Source: Felis catus
Lineage: Eukaryota
Assembly (NCBI RefSeq): GCF_018350175.1
Contig: NC_058368.1
Coordinates: 211,298,001-211,362,000, forward strand
Length of the DNA: 64,000 nucleotides
Direction of reading: 5' to 3'
The notes under the pieces were generated by a model. It saw nothing but the letters and a program-made list of their open reading frames with translations. It ran no database searches and was not told the origin of the DNA. How positions within the stretch are numbered: position 1 is the first letter of the stretch; each line of letters begins with the position of its first letter. The position numbers and the translations under genes were made by a program. Of this stretch, positions 1 through 38,576 are shown one piece after another.

Positions 1-77
1 TGTGCTTCTCCTGCTGTTCAAGGATACGAGTTTAAGTTCAGAAACTGTGTGGTGCTGTTTAGAATCAAATTAGAGGT

Positions 78-290
78 GGGGCGCCTGGGTGGCACAGTCG
101 GTTAAGCGTCCGACTTCAGCCAGGTCACGATCTCGTGGTCCGTGAGTTCGAGCCCCGCGTCGGGCTCTGGGCTGATGGCTCAGAGCCTGGAGCCTGTTTC
201 CGATTCTGTGTCTCCCTCTCTCTCTGCCCCTCCCCTGTTCACGCTCTGTCTCTCTCTGTCCCAAAAATAAATAAATGTTGAAAAAAAAAT
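78..290 (+). mobile_element. Felid CanSINE (SINEC_Fc-type), young
   Basis: ggggcgcctgggtggcacagtcggttaagc head, CT-rich middle, A tail; TSD AGAATCAAATTAGAGGTG at 61-78 and 293-310. Confidence 0.95.
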
Positions 291-961
291 TTAGAATCAA
301 ATTAGAGGTGTGGGTAAAAATTCTGAAGTTTCAGTCACGTATGGATGCCGTAGATCTGGGACCCTTAGTATTCCAGAGAAGGCTTCCTCTCCTTTGCTAC
401 CATGGATGGAATTGATCCGGCTCCAGTGCATTCCTCTTTAGACTGGATTCTAATTCTTCTGTAACCATATTTATTATCTCGAAAGATTGAGACGCTTTGT
501 AGCTTTAAAATTGTATATCAGATTAAGTGGCAATAAAAGGTAAATAGAGTTATTATCAAATAGATTAAATCCACTCCCCAATTACATCTGAATTAAATCT
601 ACCCCGTTGAGAAGATGGTATCCTTAGATGAAACAGCTGTGTATATCAGACTCAATGACACTTTGGGGCATTTTTCCCCCAGATGGACATGACTGAAGTG
701 GTTCATTTATGCCTTTACAACTATCCTCGTCTCTCTGCTCAAACCAAAGTACAGGTTATTCTGAAACAAAGTTCACCCTTCAGAAATTTATACCCTCATA
801 TCCTGTTTACTGTATTGTAAAGATTCTGGTCAATTTACTCATCGGATATTCTTTTTTTCTGTGCTCTTCCCACTCTTCTGAATGTCATTCTCACGTCTTC
901 AAATGCTATGTTTTGCTTGTTTGTTTGTTTGTTTGTTTGTGGTTTTTATTGTTCTTCGCAG

Positions 962-26097
<25,136 letters not shown>

Positions 26098-26378
26098 AGA
26101 TAAAAAACCATAAGCTTCAAGAACTTCCCACTTATGTTCAAGGGTTAATTTGAGGAATTCAATTATATAATTGGTATATGTTGTCCAAGACATGGTTGAC
26201 TGACTACCAACCACATTTGTTACCAAAGCCTCTATTATCTAGAGAAATCTGTCCTTCAGGAAGAGATCTCTATCCCTAGCTCAGAGAATGAATCTTAATT
26301 AGTTTAAGTTAGTAACGGTAATTTAATTTCATTTTGCCAGCAGTTGGTTTATGCATGACATCTGACATATTTGGGGAC

Positions 26379-26384
26379 AATAAA
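26379..26384 (+). terminator. Candidate AGXT2 polyadenylation signal AATAAA
   Basis: First canonical AATAAA, ~280 nt after the stop; others lie in the SINE tail (~26766) and at 26883-26888. Confidence 0.35.
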
Positions 26385-26479
26385 TCCTGAAGAAAGGTAT
26401 TTTGATGGACATGACTTCAGGCAAAGGTTTCTTTATCCTTCATTCTTCATTATCAGAAGACATGTCTTCTTGAACTGGG

Positions 26480-26721
26480 CATCTTATTTCATGATGGAAC
26501 TGCTCAAATCATGTCAGCCATTTTCAGGCCATGAAGACAAAACTTCTTTGCTAGGGTTGGAAGGTAGAAACAAGCCAAGTCTAGGGGCACCAACATTGGC
26601 TCAGGTCATGATCTCACAGTCCATGGGTTCAAGCCCCACATCGGGCTCTGTGCTGACAGCTCAGAGCCTGGAGCCTGCTTCAAATTCTGTGTTGCCTTCT
26701 CTCTGCCCCTCCCTTGCTCAT

Positions 26722-26762
<41 letters not shown>

Positions 26763-26950
26763 AAAAAATAAACATAAAAAAATTTTTTTTAAGAGAAAGA
26801 AGCTGAGCTTTTAGTAATGTCAATGAGCCACTGACTTAGCCAAACCTAGATTCTTACCTTGGACTTTCTTGCTATCTGAGATAATAAATTCTTTGTATTG
26901 CACAAACATTTTTGATTTAAGCTTTCTATTACTGTAGCCATAAGCACCCC
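26480..26950 (+). mobile_element. Old MaLR LTR (MLT1J/K-like) interrupted by the SINE
   Basis: cttggactttcttgctatctgagataataaattc...tttctattactgtagcc..agcaccc resembles an MLT1 3' end. Confidence 0.45.
26582..26785 (+). mobile_element. CanSINE in or just after the AGXT2 3' UTR
   Basis: ggctcaggtcatgatctcacag...(CT)n...aaataaacataaaaaa. Confidence 0.9.
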
Positions 26951-27749
26951 AAGAAATGATGCAGAAGATATCCTAGGAAGATAGCCATCCCCTTCGTTTT
27001 TAACTCCATTAAAATATTTATCAGAGCCTTCTTCTCAATTTCCACTTCCATCCCCTCACCCTGAACTAAACCCTTGTTACTCCTATTGCAATAGTCTCCA
27101 AGACCAGAATTTTCCAAACTTTAGTCATTAGAAAATGCGCATTCATCATGTTTTTCCTCCATATGTGTAAAACACCTGACTTAGAACTGATAGTAACCTT
27201 TCTATAGTAAGAACAAATGAGAAATCAGTACTACTTGTCATAACTGGAAAATAATCCTACAAATAGAATGAACACAAAGCAATGTAATTCAGTTTTAGCA
27301 AAATGCAATTGCTTGCAGATGTTCTCAGTCTGAGGCTTGTTCTCTCTTTGTTCAAAAGGGAGATTCAAGAGTATTTGAGGGCTGTCAAAAACTGCTGGCA
27401 AACTGATATCCTTTCCTTAACACAAACAGGAGAGGATCTGCAGAACTGAAAGGAAATAACTTTCTCAGCATGCATATATGTTTATCTGAGCTGTGTCCAG
27501 TTGGATGCCATGTTCTAGTAACCTACCCCCTGAGGTATCTGTTCTGCTAACGCATCCTATACCTCACTGCCAAATTTGTCTCCCTTGGTTATTGATTTAA
27601 ACATGGCATCCCCTTGCACAGAAACTTCCAGTTGCTCCCCATTGTTTCCTGGATAAGATCAAAACCTCTTTAACAAGGAGTTCAATTCCTTCCTGTATCC
27701 AATTTCCAAACAGAGCAAACGTTTTAGAAATGCTCTGTTTTGAAAAGTG

Positions 27750-27960
27750 GAAAGGTCATTGAATTGAGAGCCAAATGATCTGAATTCTAAACTCAGTTCT
27801 TCCACCACTTACTTATTCTAGATGACCTTGGGTGAGCCTTCTAACCACTTTTTGAACCTCATTTTGTTCCCAGGCATATCAACACTTGCCCTTCCTACCT
27901 CCTGAGTTGTGTTGTGGATCAAGTAAGCTAATGAATTAAAAGCACTTTATAAACCCATGA
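27750..27960. mobile_element. MIR relic
   Basis: atctgaattctaaactcagttcttccaccacttac...gaccttgggtgagccttctaacc...gaacctcatttt. Confidence 0.6.
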
Positions 27961-28099
27961 ACTATGCAAATAGAAATTCTTCCCTTCAAGCTACATTTCT
28001 CTTCTTTCTTTTACTACAATATCTCCCAAGAGCAGTTTTTGTGCTTCTGTTATGCTTCCTTGCCTCCTGGCCATGTCTCAACAACTAGGATCTCACTCC

Positions 28100-29060
28100 T
28101 GCCTCTCATTCCTTGGAAACTGCCTCTCAAAAGGCCATCAGTGACTTCCTTATGACCAAAATGTAACGTTTCCTTTCAATGTTCTTCCTAAACAACTGCT
28201 CTTTTATTTATTTATTTTTGTAAGTAGGCTCCACACCCAATGTGGGGCTTGAACTCACAATACTGAGATCAAAAGTCATATGTTCTAGTGACCGAGCCAG
28301 CCAAGCACCTCACAACTGCTCCTTTTTGAATAGGATTTTCCTTGGCTTCTGCAGTGTGGCCCTTCTGTCTCTGATGGCTCCTTCTCAGTCTCTTTCCTGG
28401 CAACTCCTCAACTTCAAGGTTCTATCCCGGGCCATCTCTTCTTCCATGCTATACTCTCTTCCTCCGAGTACCTCATCTGCTTCAGGAATTTCACCTGTCC
28501 TGACTATGCTGGTGACTTCCAAATATTCATCCTTAGTGTCAACCTTTTTTCTGAGCCCCAGCCCAAAGATTCTAGCTGTCTGGATCTTCATTCGGATGTC
28601 ACAAGGACCCTTAAAATATATCAGGCATAAAATACATTGAATATCTCTCCTCCAGTGAAACCCTGGATTAATTGTACCATTTTGTCTAGGGCTCACAATT
28701 CAGGGCATTACTTTCCACCAAGTAATTTTTCCCCCCTTCATATGACTGAGTTTAGTGAATACATTCTCCAACAGCTTTTTCAATATGTCCACTTCAACCA
28801 AAACTACCTTAATTTGGGCCAGCATCATTATCTCCTCTAAACTAATTAAACTACCTCCTAACTGGTATTCTGGACTCCTTCCCAATCCATTCTCTATACT
28901 GACACCAGAGTTACTTACTTAAAGGATAAATATGTTCACATCTTTCACCTCTTGAGGACTTTGAGGGTTCCTTATTGTCCATGGAACAAAGTCCAAACTC
29001 CAACTATTATGACATTAAAAGGCCTTCATAATTTGTCCCCCAACCACCTTTATGCATTTA
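28100..29060 (-). mobile_element. L2 relic, with a short SINE at ~28205-28310
   Basis: Pyrimidine-rich L2-type motifs (cccaatccattctctatactgacaccagagt, aaagtccaaactcc, aaggccttcataatttgtcccc). Confidence 0.55.
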
Positions 29061-29651
29061 CTTCTGTTCTTTCCATGCTATGCACATCAGTTCTTTGCTC
29101 CTATAGTTCACTCTACCTGGTAGGTTCTTCCTCTCTTCGTTGTCAATGGAAATTATGGGGTCAAGGAGTTTAGACAAAGAAGCCAAGACTTACTTCTTTG
29201 TTCCTCTTCAAAGCCTTCTCATTTTCAATATTCCTTCTCTTTAAAAATAAAGTAAAAGGGAAAAACACTGAAAATAAATTTATAATAACCATTTGGGAAT
29301 TTAGCAAAACATGAAGAGGAAACAATAAAACACAAATCCAAAACAAAGCAAACAAGCAAAACAAAATGTTTCATGCTCAAGCCCAGGTCCCTGCCAATGC
29401 CAAAACATCCTCTCCTGGAAGGAATGGGCTAGAGAGATTTCGTCGTTCAGATAAATTCATAGAACACATTCCTTGTGGCTTCCTGGGTCCTATAGGACCT
29501 TGTGTACACTGTTACTTTCTCACCTCCAGGGATCACTATAGAGTAAAAGCCGGCTGTGGAATTCTGCCAGGGAGCAGCGTTCTGGGTCTCGCTTCCTAAT
29601 AATGAGAGTTTCATGGCTCTATCTGAATGCTTATTGATCAGGAGAAACTGC

Positions 29652-29656
<5 letters not shown>

Positions 29657-29691
<35 letters not shown>

Positions 29692-29879
29692 TTCGAGAGA
29701 GAGAGAGAGGGGGCACATGCAAGTGAGGGAGGGGCAGAGAAAGAGTGAGAGAGAGAAAATCCCAAGCAGGCTCCAAACTGTCAGTGCACAGCCTGATTTG
29801 GGGCTCAAACTCAGGAACCGTGAGAGCATAACCTGAGCTGAAGTCAGGCTTTTAACCAACTGAGCCACCAGGGCATCCC
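29657..29879 (-). mobile_element. CanSINE with long poly(T)
   Basis: Reverse SINE body and head. Confidence 0.9.
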
Positions 29880-31721
29880 AGGTCCTCTTTCTTGAGGAGC
29901 AGGTGGGGATTTAAGATGTACAAGCCATCAGAGGAATGGAGCAAAAAGGGCAAAAATTATGCCCTTACAGCACGTATGGTCATTCATCCCTTTCACTAGT
30001 TTATAAACATGATGGATTTCTACTTCTTTCCATTTGGAGCCGTGGGCAGGAGTTTAGCACCACCATTTTCCTCCCTTCCATTTTCTGCTCTACCCACAGG
30101 AGGTGGGAGGCAAGCCAGCTTATATAAGGCAAGGAACCCACATTCTCGCCAAGCTCTTTTTTACTTCTTTTCTTGTTAAAATGGTCTCAAGTGAAGATAA
30201 TGAACACTCAGCTCAAGTAAACTTTTTTCCACACAAGGAACATATTGACAGTTAATCATGTGATCAGAATATAAAAGTAAAAGGCTGGCAGCTGTTTAAA
30301 AATTCTTGAAATGCCAATCCACTCAGAAGAGAGTAATTAAAATAATAATAAAAAAAGACCACGTTACATCAAGCTTTGGTTATGCCACTAATAACAATTA
30401 TAAAGTGATATAAAATAACACTTATAAAGAGACAATACAGTCACAAACTATGCTCTTGGTTTTGTTATAAAACTCCATTTTTTTACATCAGCGTAGTTTT
30501 TAACTTCCAAGTAATTCAAGCTCACCTCAGAGAAGGTGTCTCTAAACCACAGGAGGACTGAATTCTTCTTCTACCTTTTCAATCCCACTTTCTTGTAGAG
30601 AACAACAAAAGCATAACAGAGAACATCACATTTGCTACTTTGTCATCAGAATGTCAATGCCAGAACATCTTAGTCATCATTAGAAGCAGGTTGAAGGCTA
30701 CTGAGCTCTGCATCCACCCTTGCTCTGGGTTACTTAAAGCAGAAGGCTCACTTCCAACAGCACAAGCAGTAAAAATGGGCCATAGCTTTGTCCCTTTAAA
30801 AATGGGCACAGTACAATCCAACTCCACAAAATACCTCAACAAAAGCGAAAGGTCCACCGAATTTCGTAAGAGTGAAGACACAGAAACAAAGTCTTCATTA
30901 TACCAATTCAGACGTAGGGAGCATTTGGTAGAATTGGAAGTGTCATTCCGCATTACATGACAAAGAGCAGCCATACAGAGAGATGTCAAGAAAACCGTCT
31001 AATTAAGAACTGGTTTGGGAGGGTCATTGCGGACAGCAACTAGTGAAAACAGAAACTTTTAATTAGTCGGAACAACATGATGCAACGGAGTCTGCGTACT
31101 CTCCGCTTGATTTGTTTCCAGCAAATTCACCTCTCTAAGCGGAAGCTTCCTGTCTCCAAAGAGAATAATATAATGTCGTGGAACCCTTATGAGGAATAAA
31201 TAAGAAAATACACCGACATCTGCTCAACTAATATTAACTCTTTCCTTGGCATCTCTTTCCTTTTGACACTGAACTTCCTTAGCTGGTGCTTGGGCTAATG
31301 TCTATTCTTGTGTATACAACTCATGTCCCTTACTAGACTCTAAACCACTAGAGCCAAGGCAGAGTGACCTTGTCTTCTCCATCCTCGTATATCTGCCTAA
31401 CAGCTCACCTTACAGAAAGGCAAAAGCCAACTCCCCTTGGTGCTGTGTGCATTTTATCCATAGATGTTACAATGTCACCAACAGTTTAAGGCAGCAAGGA
31501 GCCCATCTGAAATAAACGATGAGTCATCTGATACAGGCTTGTGTGTGTGTGTGTGTGTGTATTAAGAAACCTATATATTTAGGTTTATCTTCTTAAACAT
31601 GTGGAATATATAATTAGAAACATATATAACATAGAGAAATACATATTTGGAAATATATTATGTCAGTGTAGAATTTCAAGTAATAAAGTACCTGTGAGTA
31701 TTTTAGAAAGAAAGTCGCCCT

Positions 31722-31961
31722 GGGGTGCCTGAGTGGCTCAGTCGGTTAAGCGTCCGACTTCGGTTCAGGTCACGATCTCGTGGTCTGTGAGTTTGAACCC
31801 CGTGTTGGGCTCTGTGCTGACAGCTCAGAGCCTGGAGCCTGTTTCAGATTCTGTGTCTCCCTCTCTCTCTGACCCTCCCCCGTTCATGCTCTGTCTCTCT
31901 CTGTCTCAAAAACAAATAAACGTTAAAAAAATTTAATAAAAAATAAAAAATAAAAAAAGAA
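31722..31961 (+). mobile_element. CanSINE
   Basis: TSD AGAAAGAAAGTCGCCCT at 31705-31721 and 31962-31978. Confidence 0.95.
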
Positions 31962-32578
31962 AGAAAGAAAGTCGCCCTTTGATGATTGGGAGAAGACCAT
32001 AGTTTCCACAGGAGGAATCAAGATGGTTCCCGGATACCTTCCCTTCGTTGTTTAAGGTGTGTCCCAATTCCTAGCCTTCTCAGGTCCCCAACTCACACCA
32101 CGGAGTTCACACTAGTCTCCCCACTCCCAGGGTTTGTGCTCACCCTCCTGTCCTCCATCCGCAGTGCTGCCCTCCTCCTGAGCCCCAAGGCCTCACTACC
32201 TAACACCTACTCATCCATCACAGAGACCACATGCACGTTGATGGTGGGTTGTTATTTCACAGAAACCTTTACCCTGCCCCCACACACACCTCAAGCATCC
32301 ATGTCCTCTAGGATTTTGCTGCATGAATTGTTTATTCTCTGCTGGATTTTCCCTTTCTACATTCTTCTCCTTCCTTCCCCTCAACCTATAAGTGTGCTTC
32401 TCTCTCCTATTAAAAAACAAACAAACAAACAAACAAAAAACCTTTCTGCCAACACTCTTCCTAAAATTATGCTGCTGGGTTGCTGCTCCGTCCCTTCCTC
32501 ACCTCCCACCTCCACTTCCTCAGTGCCCTGCAGGCTGGCTCCCAGATACCTGTTCTTATAAATGTTGCTGGTAACCCC

Positions 32579-33200
32579 TGTGATGATTATTTTTATGTGG
32601 GAACTTGACTGGCCATGAAATTTCCAGATATCTTATAAACCCTTATTTCTGAGTGTCTGTCAGAGTGATTTCAAAGAGGTTAGCCTTTAGATTGCTGGGC
32701 TGAGGAAAGCAGATGGACCTCCCAAGCCTGGGTGGGCACCATGCCATTTGCTGAGGGTCAGAATAGAACAAAAAGGTGGAGGAAGATTGGATGTGCCCTG
32801 TCTCTGTCTGACCACTAGAGCTGAGACATTGATCTCCTCCTGCCCAGCATTCCTGCTTCTCAGGCCCTCAGACCCAGACTGGAAAGTGCAGCTTTGGCTC
32901 CTCTCCTGGGTTCTTGGGCCTTCGAAATACAGCTGGCTTCTCTGGGTCTCCAGCCTGCACATGACAGACTGTGGGACTTCCCAGCCTCCCTAATCATGTG
33001 ATCCAATAACTTATAATGAGTCTCTTTCTGGATTTAGCTATATATCTATCTGTGTCGATATATGTATACATATAGAAAATCTGTCTACATAGATACGTTT
33101 ATATCAGCATATATAAATATATACATATATCTATATAGATGGATATATGGTTAACTAGCTAGATCCTATTGGTTCTGTTTCTCTGGAAAACCCTAATACA
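32579..33200 (+). mobile_element. ERVL LTR (MLT2B-like)
   Basis: Starts tgtgatgattattttt..aacttgactggcca; internal TA-rich tract; ends ctattggttctgtttctctggaaaaccctaataCA; 5-bp flanks acccc/actcc. Confidence 0.85.
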
Positions 33201-34649
33201 ACTCCTTACCTGCTAAATTCAACAGAACGTCTTCAGTCCTCACCTTACTTGGAAGCTCTGTGGCAGCTGAGACTGTTGGTCACATTCTTCTAGGAATTCT
33301 CTCCTTCCACTTTTTTTTTTTTTTAATGGCTCCACACTCTTCCATCCTCTTACTACCTCTTGAGTCTTTAGTATTCCCATGCACTGATTTTTGTCTAGTT
33401 TGCTTCCAAATGCTGCTATATCCCAGGGATTTGTACCTTAAACTCTTATTTCCCCCCCTCTCTGTATACTTTATCTGAGTGATTTCATCCAAGATCCAGG
33501 ATCCATGTCAGGCTTTTTACTATCTAGATGCCAAGACTCCCAAACATGCCTCCAGGGAAGCCTTCCCTTGGCTTGCAGCCTCTTGCTGTCAGGGGCTCCG
33601 TGTGCTTTTCTCCCTGGGTGGGTTCCTCCTACATTCTCTTTCTCCTCCCTGGCGTGTGGGCTCTCCGGGCCCCAGGGGGTGTAAGTTGATCCAGCTGGCT
33701 TCTCAAGTGCTTGGTGCCTGTAATTCCCAACCTACCCCAGCCAGTCCTAACCAAACTTTTGAATCCGGCTTGCCTCCTTGCCATCCCTTTGTGCTGCCCC
33801 CTGTACCTGCTGGCTACATCTTCCTCACCTCCTCCAACTGCCCTGGCTCTGGCTGTCACGGCTGGTTGGGAGTTTCATCACTAGCCCTTGGTACACTTTG
33901 GGCCTTCTTTGTCTTGCTGTCTGTTCCCTTCCTTGTCATCTTGCCCAGCCTGCCAGCCATTCTCATCCTCCCCCATGCAAGAGTTAAACCATTGGTTGTT
34001 CCTGTTATCTAACTCTTTCTCTGCTCTAGCTAAAAGTCCCAGTTTGCAGGCATCATTGATTGCCACTTGAAGCAAATTTTTAAAAAGCAAAAGGTAGGAG
34101 GAGAGCATGGAAATTATGCCAGAAATAAAATATTTTTAGGGTTTTTTTTCTTCCTGTGATGGTGCTAGGGGTACATCAGTATAGTAAGTGAACTTTAGCA
34201 GAGGTGTCATTAAAAACCATCATTCCAGCTAGTTCCATTCGGCACCGCTACCCACCAGGACCTGGCACAGGGGCTTGATCCATGCTCTCTGGGTGGTTCT
34301 GAGTCAGTTTCCCCAACCTGGCCCTCAGGGTCCTCTTTATTCTTGGGAACATCTCTGGAGTCAACCCCTACACCCTGGGAGCTGCCTCCAGTAACCCCCC
34401 TTCTTCCTTCTTTGTAGCAATGTTCTACCCTCCACCTTCTTTTTAGCAGGGAGCTTTTTCCCTGAGCACTAGTCTAGTCTAGGAGCACTGCCTTCCTCTA
34501 CCTGCACACCTCTTTTTGTATTTCTTTAAGCAGCATCTCTACACCCAGAATCAACTCCTCCCTTACTCTTCTAACCCTTCCAGAGGGATTGCAGGGAGAG
34601 CTGGTAGGTTGGGGTACAAGGAAGCAAGACGTATTTTCTTTCAATCCTT

Positions 34650-34890
34650 TTTTTAAAATGTTTATTTATTTATTTTTGAGATAGAGAGAGAGAAAGAGCA
34701 CAGGCGTGCCCAAGCAGGGGAGGGGCAGAGAGAGGAAGAGACAGAATCCCAAGAAGACTCCACAGACCTGTCAGCAGGGAGCTGGCCTGGCATGGAGGTC
34801 CACGTTACGATCTCCCAAACCCTGAGATCATGACCTGAGCCAAAACCAAGAGTCAGATGTTTAACTGGCTGAGCCACCCAGGAGCACCTC
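34650..34890 (-). mobile_element. CanSINE
   Basis: Reverse SINE; TSD ttcaatccttt. Confidence 0.88.
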
Positions 34891-35024
34891 ATTCAATCCT
34901 TTTAGTGCAACAAAGGAACCACAGAAACAGTTTAGTTTCTGTATTAAAGTTTTGAAGATTCAGATTTTGCCACTCTTGAAAATATCTTTCAGAAATGTAT
35001 GCTCTCTAGGTGCACGATTTTAAA

Positions 35025-36680
35025 GGAATATATTTGAAGAAGAACAAAGTTGAAGAATTCACATTTCTTGTTTTCTGTACAACTTATTACTAGTGCGAAG
35101 ACACATTTTTGGACCAATAGAATAGAATAGAGAGCCCAGAGAGAAACCTTCACATATATGGTCAATTAATTCTTGACAACGGTGCCAGGACCATTCAATG
35201 GAGAAAGGATAATTTTTTCAACAAATGGTGTTGGAGAAACTGGATACCCACATGCAAAAGAAGAAAGCTGGACCCTTTCCGTACAACATACACAAAAAAC
35301 AACCCAAAATGGATTAAAGACTTAAACATTGAGCTAAAACACTAAAGATCTTAGAAGAAAACACAGATAAAAGCCTTGATGACGTTGTATTTGGCAACAA
35401 TTTCTTGGTTGTGGTAACAAAAGAAAAAATAAATTGGGCTTATTCTAAATTCAAAGCTTTTGTGCATCAACAGCACTATCGAGAGAGTGAAAAGATAGAC
35501 CACAGAATGGGATATGTTTGCATATAAGATACCTGATAAGGACTAGGTATCAAGAGTATATAAATAACTCCTACAACTCAACAACAACAAAACAAACCAA
35601 TTCAAAAATGGGCAAAAGGGTGTGCCTGGGTGGCTCAGTCGGTTGAGCGTCTGACTTCAGCTCAGGTCATGATCTCGCGGTTCGTGAATTTGAGCCCCAC
35701 GTCGGGCTTGCTGATATCAGCCTGGAGCCCACTTCGGATAATCTGTCCCCTCTCCTTAGGCCCCTCCCTGACTTGTGCTCTCTCAAAAAAAAATAAACAT
35801 TAAAGAAAGTTTTTTAATGGGAAAAGGACTTACCTAGACATTTCTCTAAAGATTATATATAAGTGGCCAATAAGCACATGAAAAAAAAAAAAAAGCTCAA
35901 GATCACTAGTCATTAGGGAAACGCAAATCAAAACCACAACGAGATACCACTTATACCTGTAGGGATGGCTATTATTTAAAACACACACACACACACACAC
36001 ATGCACGCACAAAGAGAAAATAGAAAGTATTGGGGAGGATATGTAAAAATCGGGAACCTTGTACATTACTGGTGGGAATGTTTTCCATCATGCAACCAGT
36101 GTGGTAGCTCCCCAAAAAGTGAAACACAGAATTACCATAGGATCCAGCAATTCCACTTCTGAGCAATACCATAGGATCCAGCAATTCCACTTCCATTTCT
36201 GAATTGAAAGAATTGTGGAACCATGTTTATAGCAGCATAATTCGTAATAGCCAGAAGGTGGAAACAACCCAAGTGTTTTTTGGATGAATGGATACACAAA
36301 ACGTGGCATATGCATACAGTGGAATGGTGTTCAGTCTTAAAAAGGAAGGAGATCCTGTCACCTGCCACCACCTGGAGGAAGCGTGAAAACATTATGCTGA
36401 GTGAAATCAGCCAGTCACAAATGGACAAATATTGCATGGTTCCGCATATGTGAGGAACCTAGACTAGGCACATTCACAGAGCTAGCAAGTGTAAAAGAGG
36501 TTACCAAGGGTTGGGGGAGGAAGGAATGGGAAATGACTGGTTGGCAGGTACAGAGTTTCCATGTGGGATGATGAAAACGGATACATGGAGAGCAGGGGTA
36601 GTTGCACAACACTGTGAAGGTGCTTAATGCCACTGACCCGTGCACTTGGAGGTGATTAAAATGGTAAATGCTACGAGTTT
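35025..36680 (+). mobile_element. Old L1 (L1MB-like) ORF2 3' end and 3'UTR, with a SINE inserted at ~35618-35805
   Basis: tttttcaacaaatggtgttgg, gaaacgcaaatcaaaaccacaacgagataccac, aatgccactga...aaatggtaaat motifs. Confidence 0.85.
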
Positions 36681-38576
36681 AAACATTTTTGAAAAGAATA
36701 TACTTGTGCATAGGGGACATTTCTTCCAGCAGGCACAGAGTGAAGGATTAATACAGAGATTTGTATTACATAAAGGAAGGCAATGACACAGGGATTCGGC
36801 TGCTTTCAAGCGAACAGGACTCACTTCTCCGTATCTGGGTGAGAGAGAAACATTCACTGAAGCACAGGAAATTCATGCCTTCTCTTTATGTATGGGTTTC
36901 TCAGTACCACACATTTGGTCTCCAATGCCTTTTGGAGCAAGGAAAGGTACCAAGACACATATAAGTAAATGGAAATACCAGCAGTGACGCCGGATCACTG
37001 TCCACGGAGCGCCATTGCCAAAGTAGGGGACAGTCTTTTCCCTGAAGCAAGTTCTCTCATCTATAAAATGAGCGGGTTGAACTAGATAGATAAACTTGAA
37101 GATCTCTATCAGCTCTAGCATTTTGCGGCTCCCTGAAACTTTTAAGAAGCAGCAGATGCATTGAGAGGGCTTTGGTATAGCTTTTCCTGGAAACAGAGCT
37201 GGAGGAAGTGTTTTTGAAGTGTCTGAGCTCTCTGACTTCGGGGCATTGTTGCAGACTTGCTCAGCCCCAATGTCTAAGGTCTCCTGGAGAACAGGCAGGT
37301 TTCTAAGTGGCTGTAAGGACGATGATGTGGGCAGTTGGAAAGTGAGTCTCACAGACCTGGGAATATGGAAGACTTTCTTTCCTTGAAGGCATCAGTAAAC
37401 GCCTTAGACTTCCCTTAACCACTTGAAGACCAGACCTAGGCTTGCCTCAGAGCAATCCTCAATAAATCCGTACTGATTATGGTTTCTCCGCGTTCTACCA
37501 GCCAGTCTGCTCTTAGATTACGTCGTTTTCCATCCCGTGATGAAGTGCTGATGGCACATAAGGAAAGTGTCAGGCGTAAATGATAAATGGTTAGGAGATG
37601 GGGAGATTTTGCTTAATAAGGTTGCCAGGCATTAGAAAAAATAACAGTGACGTTTTAGATGTTAAGGCTTCCACAGGAGTAATAAACCAACTCCTAAAAT
37701 TCCAAAATAGACTATTTAAAAATCTATAATGCTATTATCAGACCCTCCCCCACACATACACCCCGAAAGGGTGATAACAGGGAGAAGGTAGTACTTCATT
37801 CATTCATGAGTTGATGCTGTTGTAATACTGACAATGACTAAGAATTACACATAAGGTTAAATTTTAAAGAAAATAAGACCTGGGTCTGAGAAGCTGAAGT
37901 ATCTATTTGGAAATGGATGAGGGGATCAAAAGAGGCAACACCCCCTCACTAAGTATTTCTGCTGCCTTGGGTTGTGCAGTATAGACTGATTCAGGAGCAG
38001 GCTCCTTGGCAGTGGTGAATGGAGTGTACCCTTCCAAAAGTTCCATTGTTTGGCTCTGGGGGAAGAATGTAAGTATCAAATGGTAGAGGAGCTCAAAGGA
38101 AGAAAAACTTACTCTGACTGAGGAGATAGTAGGAAAGCTTCATGGAAGAAGAGTCACTTGACATTGCTCTGAAGCAATGTGAGGGGAACCAGGGGCTCCT
38201 GCTCTGGGCCCTCAGCCGCAGAGGGGTCCCGGTCTGGCCTTCCTTTGGCCAAGCTCCTCCCTGGAGATCAAGGGATCCACAAGGCTCTGAAGTTCTAGGC
38301 TATAATCCACGTACCCAGTTCCCCAGAACCCTGACATCCCCTGCACAAATAGCTCCAAGCTCATGTGCGGGGTCTACATGGGTCTTCTCCTAGGGCAACT
38401 GGTCGCAGGGGTTTAGATGGAAGGTGGACATGAGCGCTGGGATATCTGCACGAAGCAGGATGGAGCTGAGGGTGGGGAGAGATGGGGATGAGAGGTCAGG
38501 GGTCAGGTCTCTGAGGCCACCAATCTCTGGTAGGGAATGCGGGAATGAGGAACCTGAGAACTCAAAATTTGATCCC

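Noticed and set aside
78..160. tRNA-like A and B boxes
   Set aside because: They are the tRNA-derived heads of SINEs, followed by SINE body and tail; not tRNA genes.
70..300. Recurrent ORFs such as MAQSVK...SLEP (also at 5268, 31733, 43098, 44114, 51023)
   Set aside because: Translations of CanSINE consensus sequence, not a gene family.
410..435. ctccagtgca resembling the preceding AGXT2 exon (SPVQ)
   Set aside because: Only ~10 nt of similarity; the surrounding sequence does not encode TMCPDVFRGPWGG; that exon must lie upstream of the window.
30130..31030. Repeat-free AT-rich block with overlapping 106- and 111-aa ORFs; possible processed pseudogene
   Set aside because: No recognisable protein similarity, poly(A) tail or TSD; cannot be supported without a search.
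31986..34012. 191-aa and 177-aa ORFs
   Set aside because: Leu/Ser/Pro-rich translations of pyrimidine-rich, L2-like and unique intergenic DNA; no splice or domain support.
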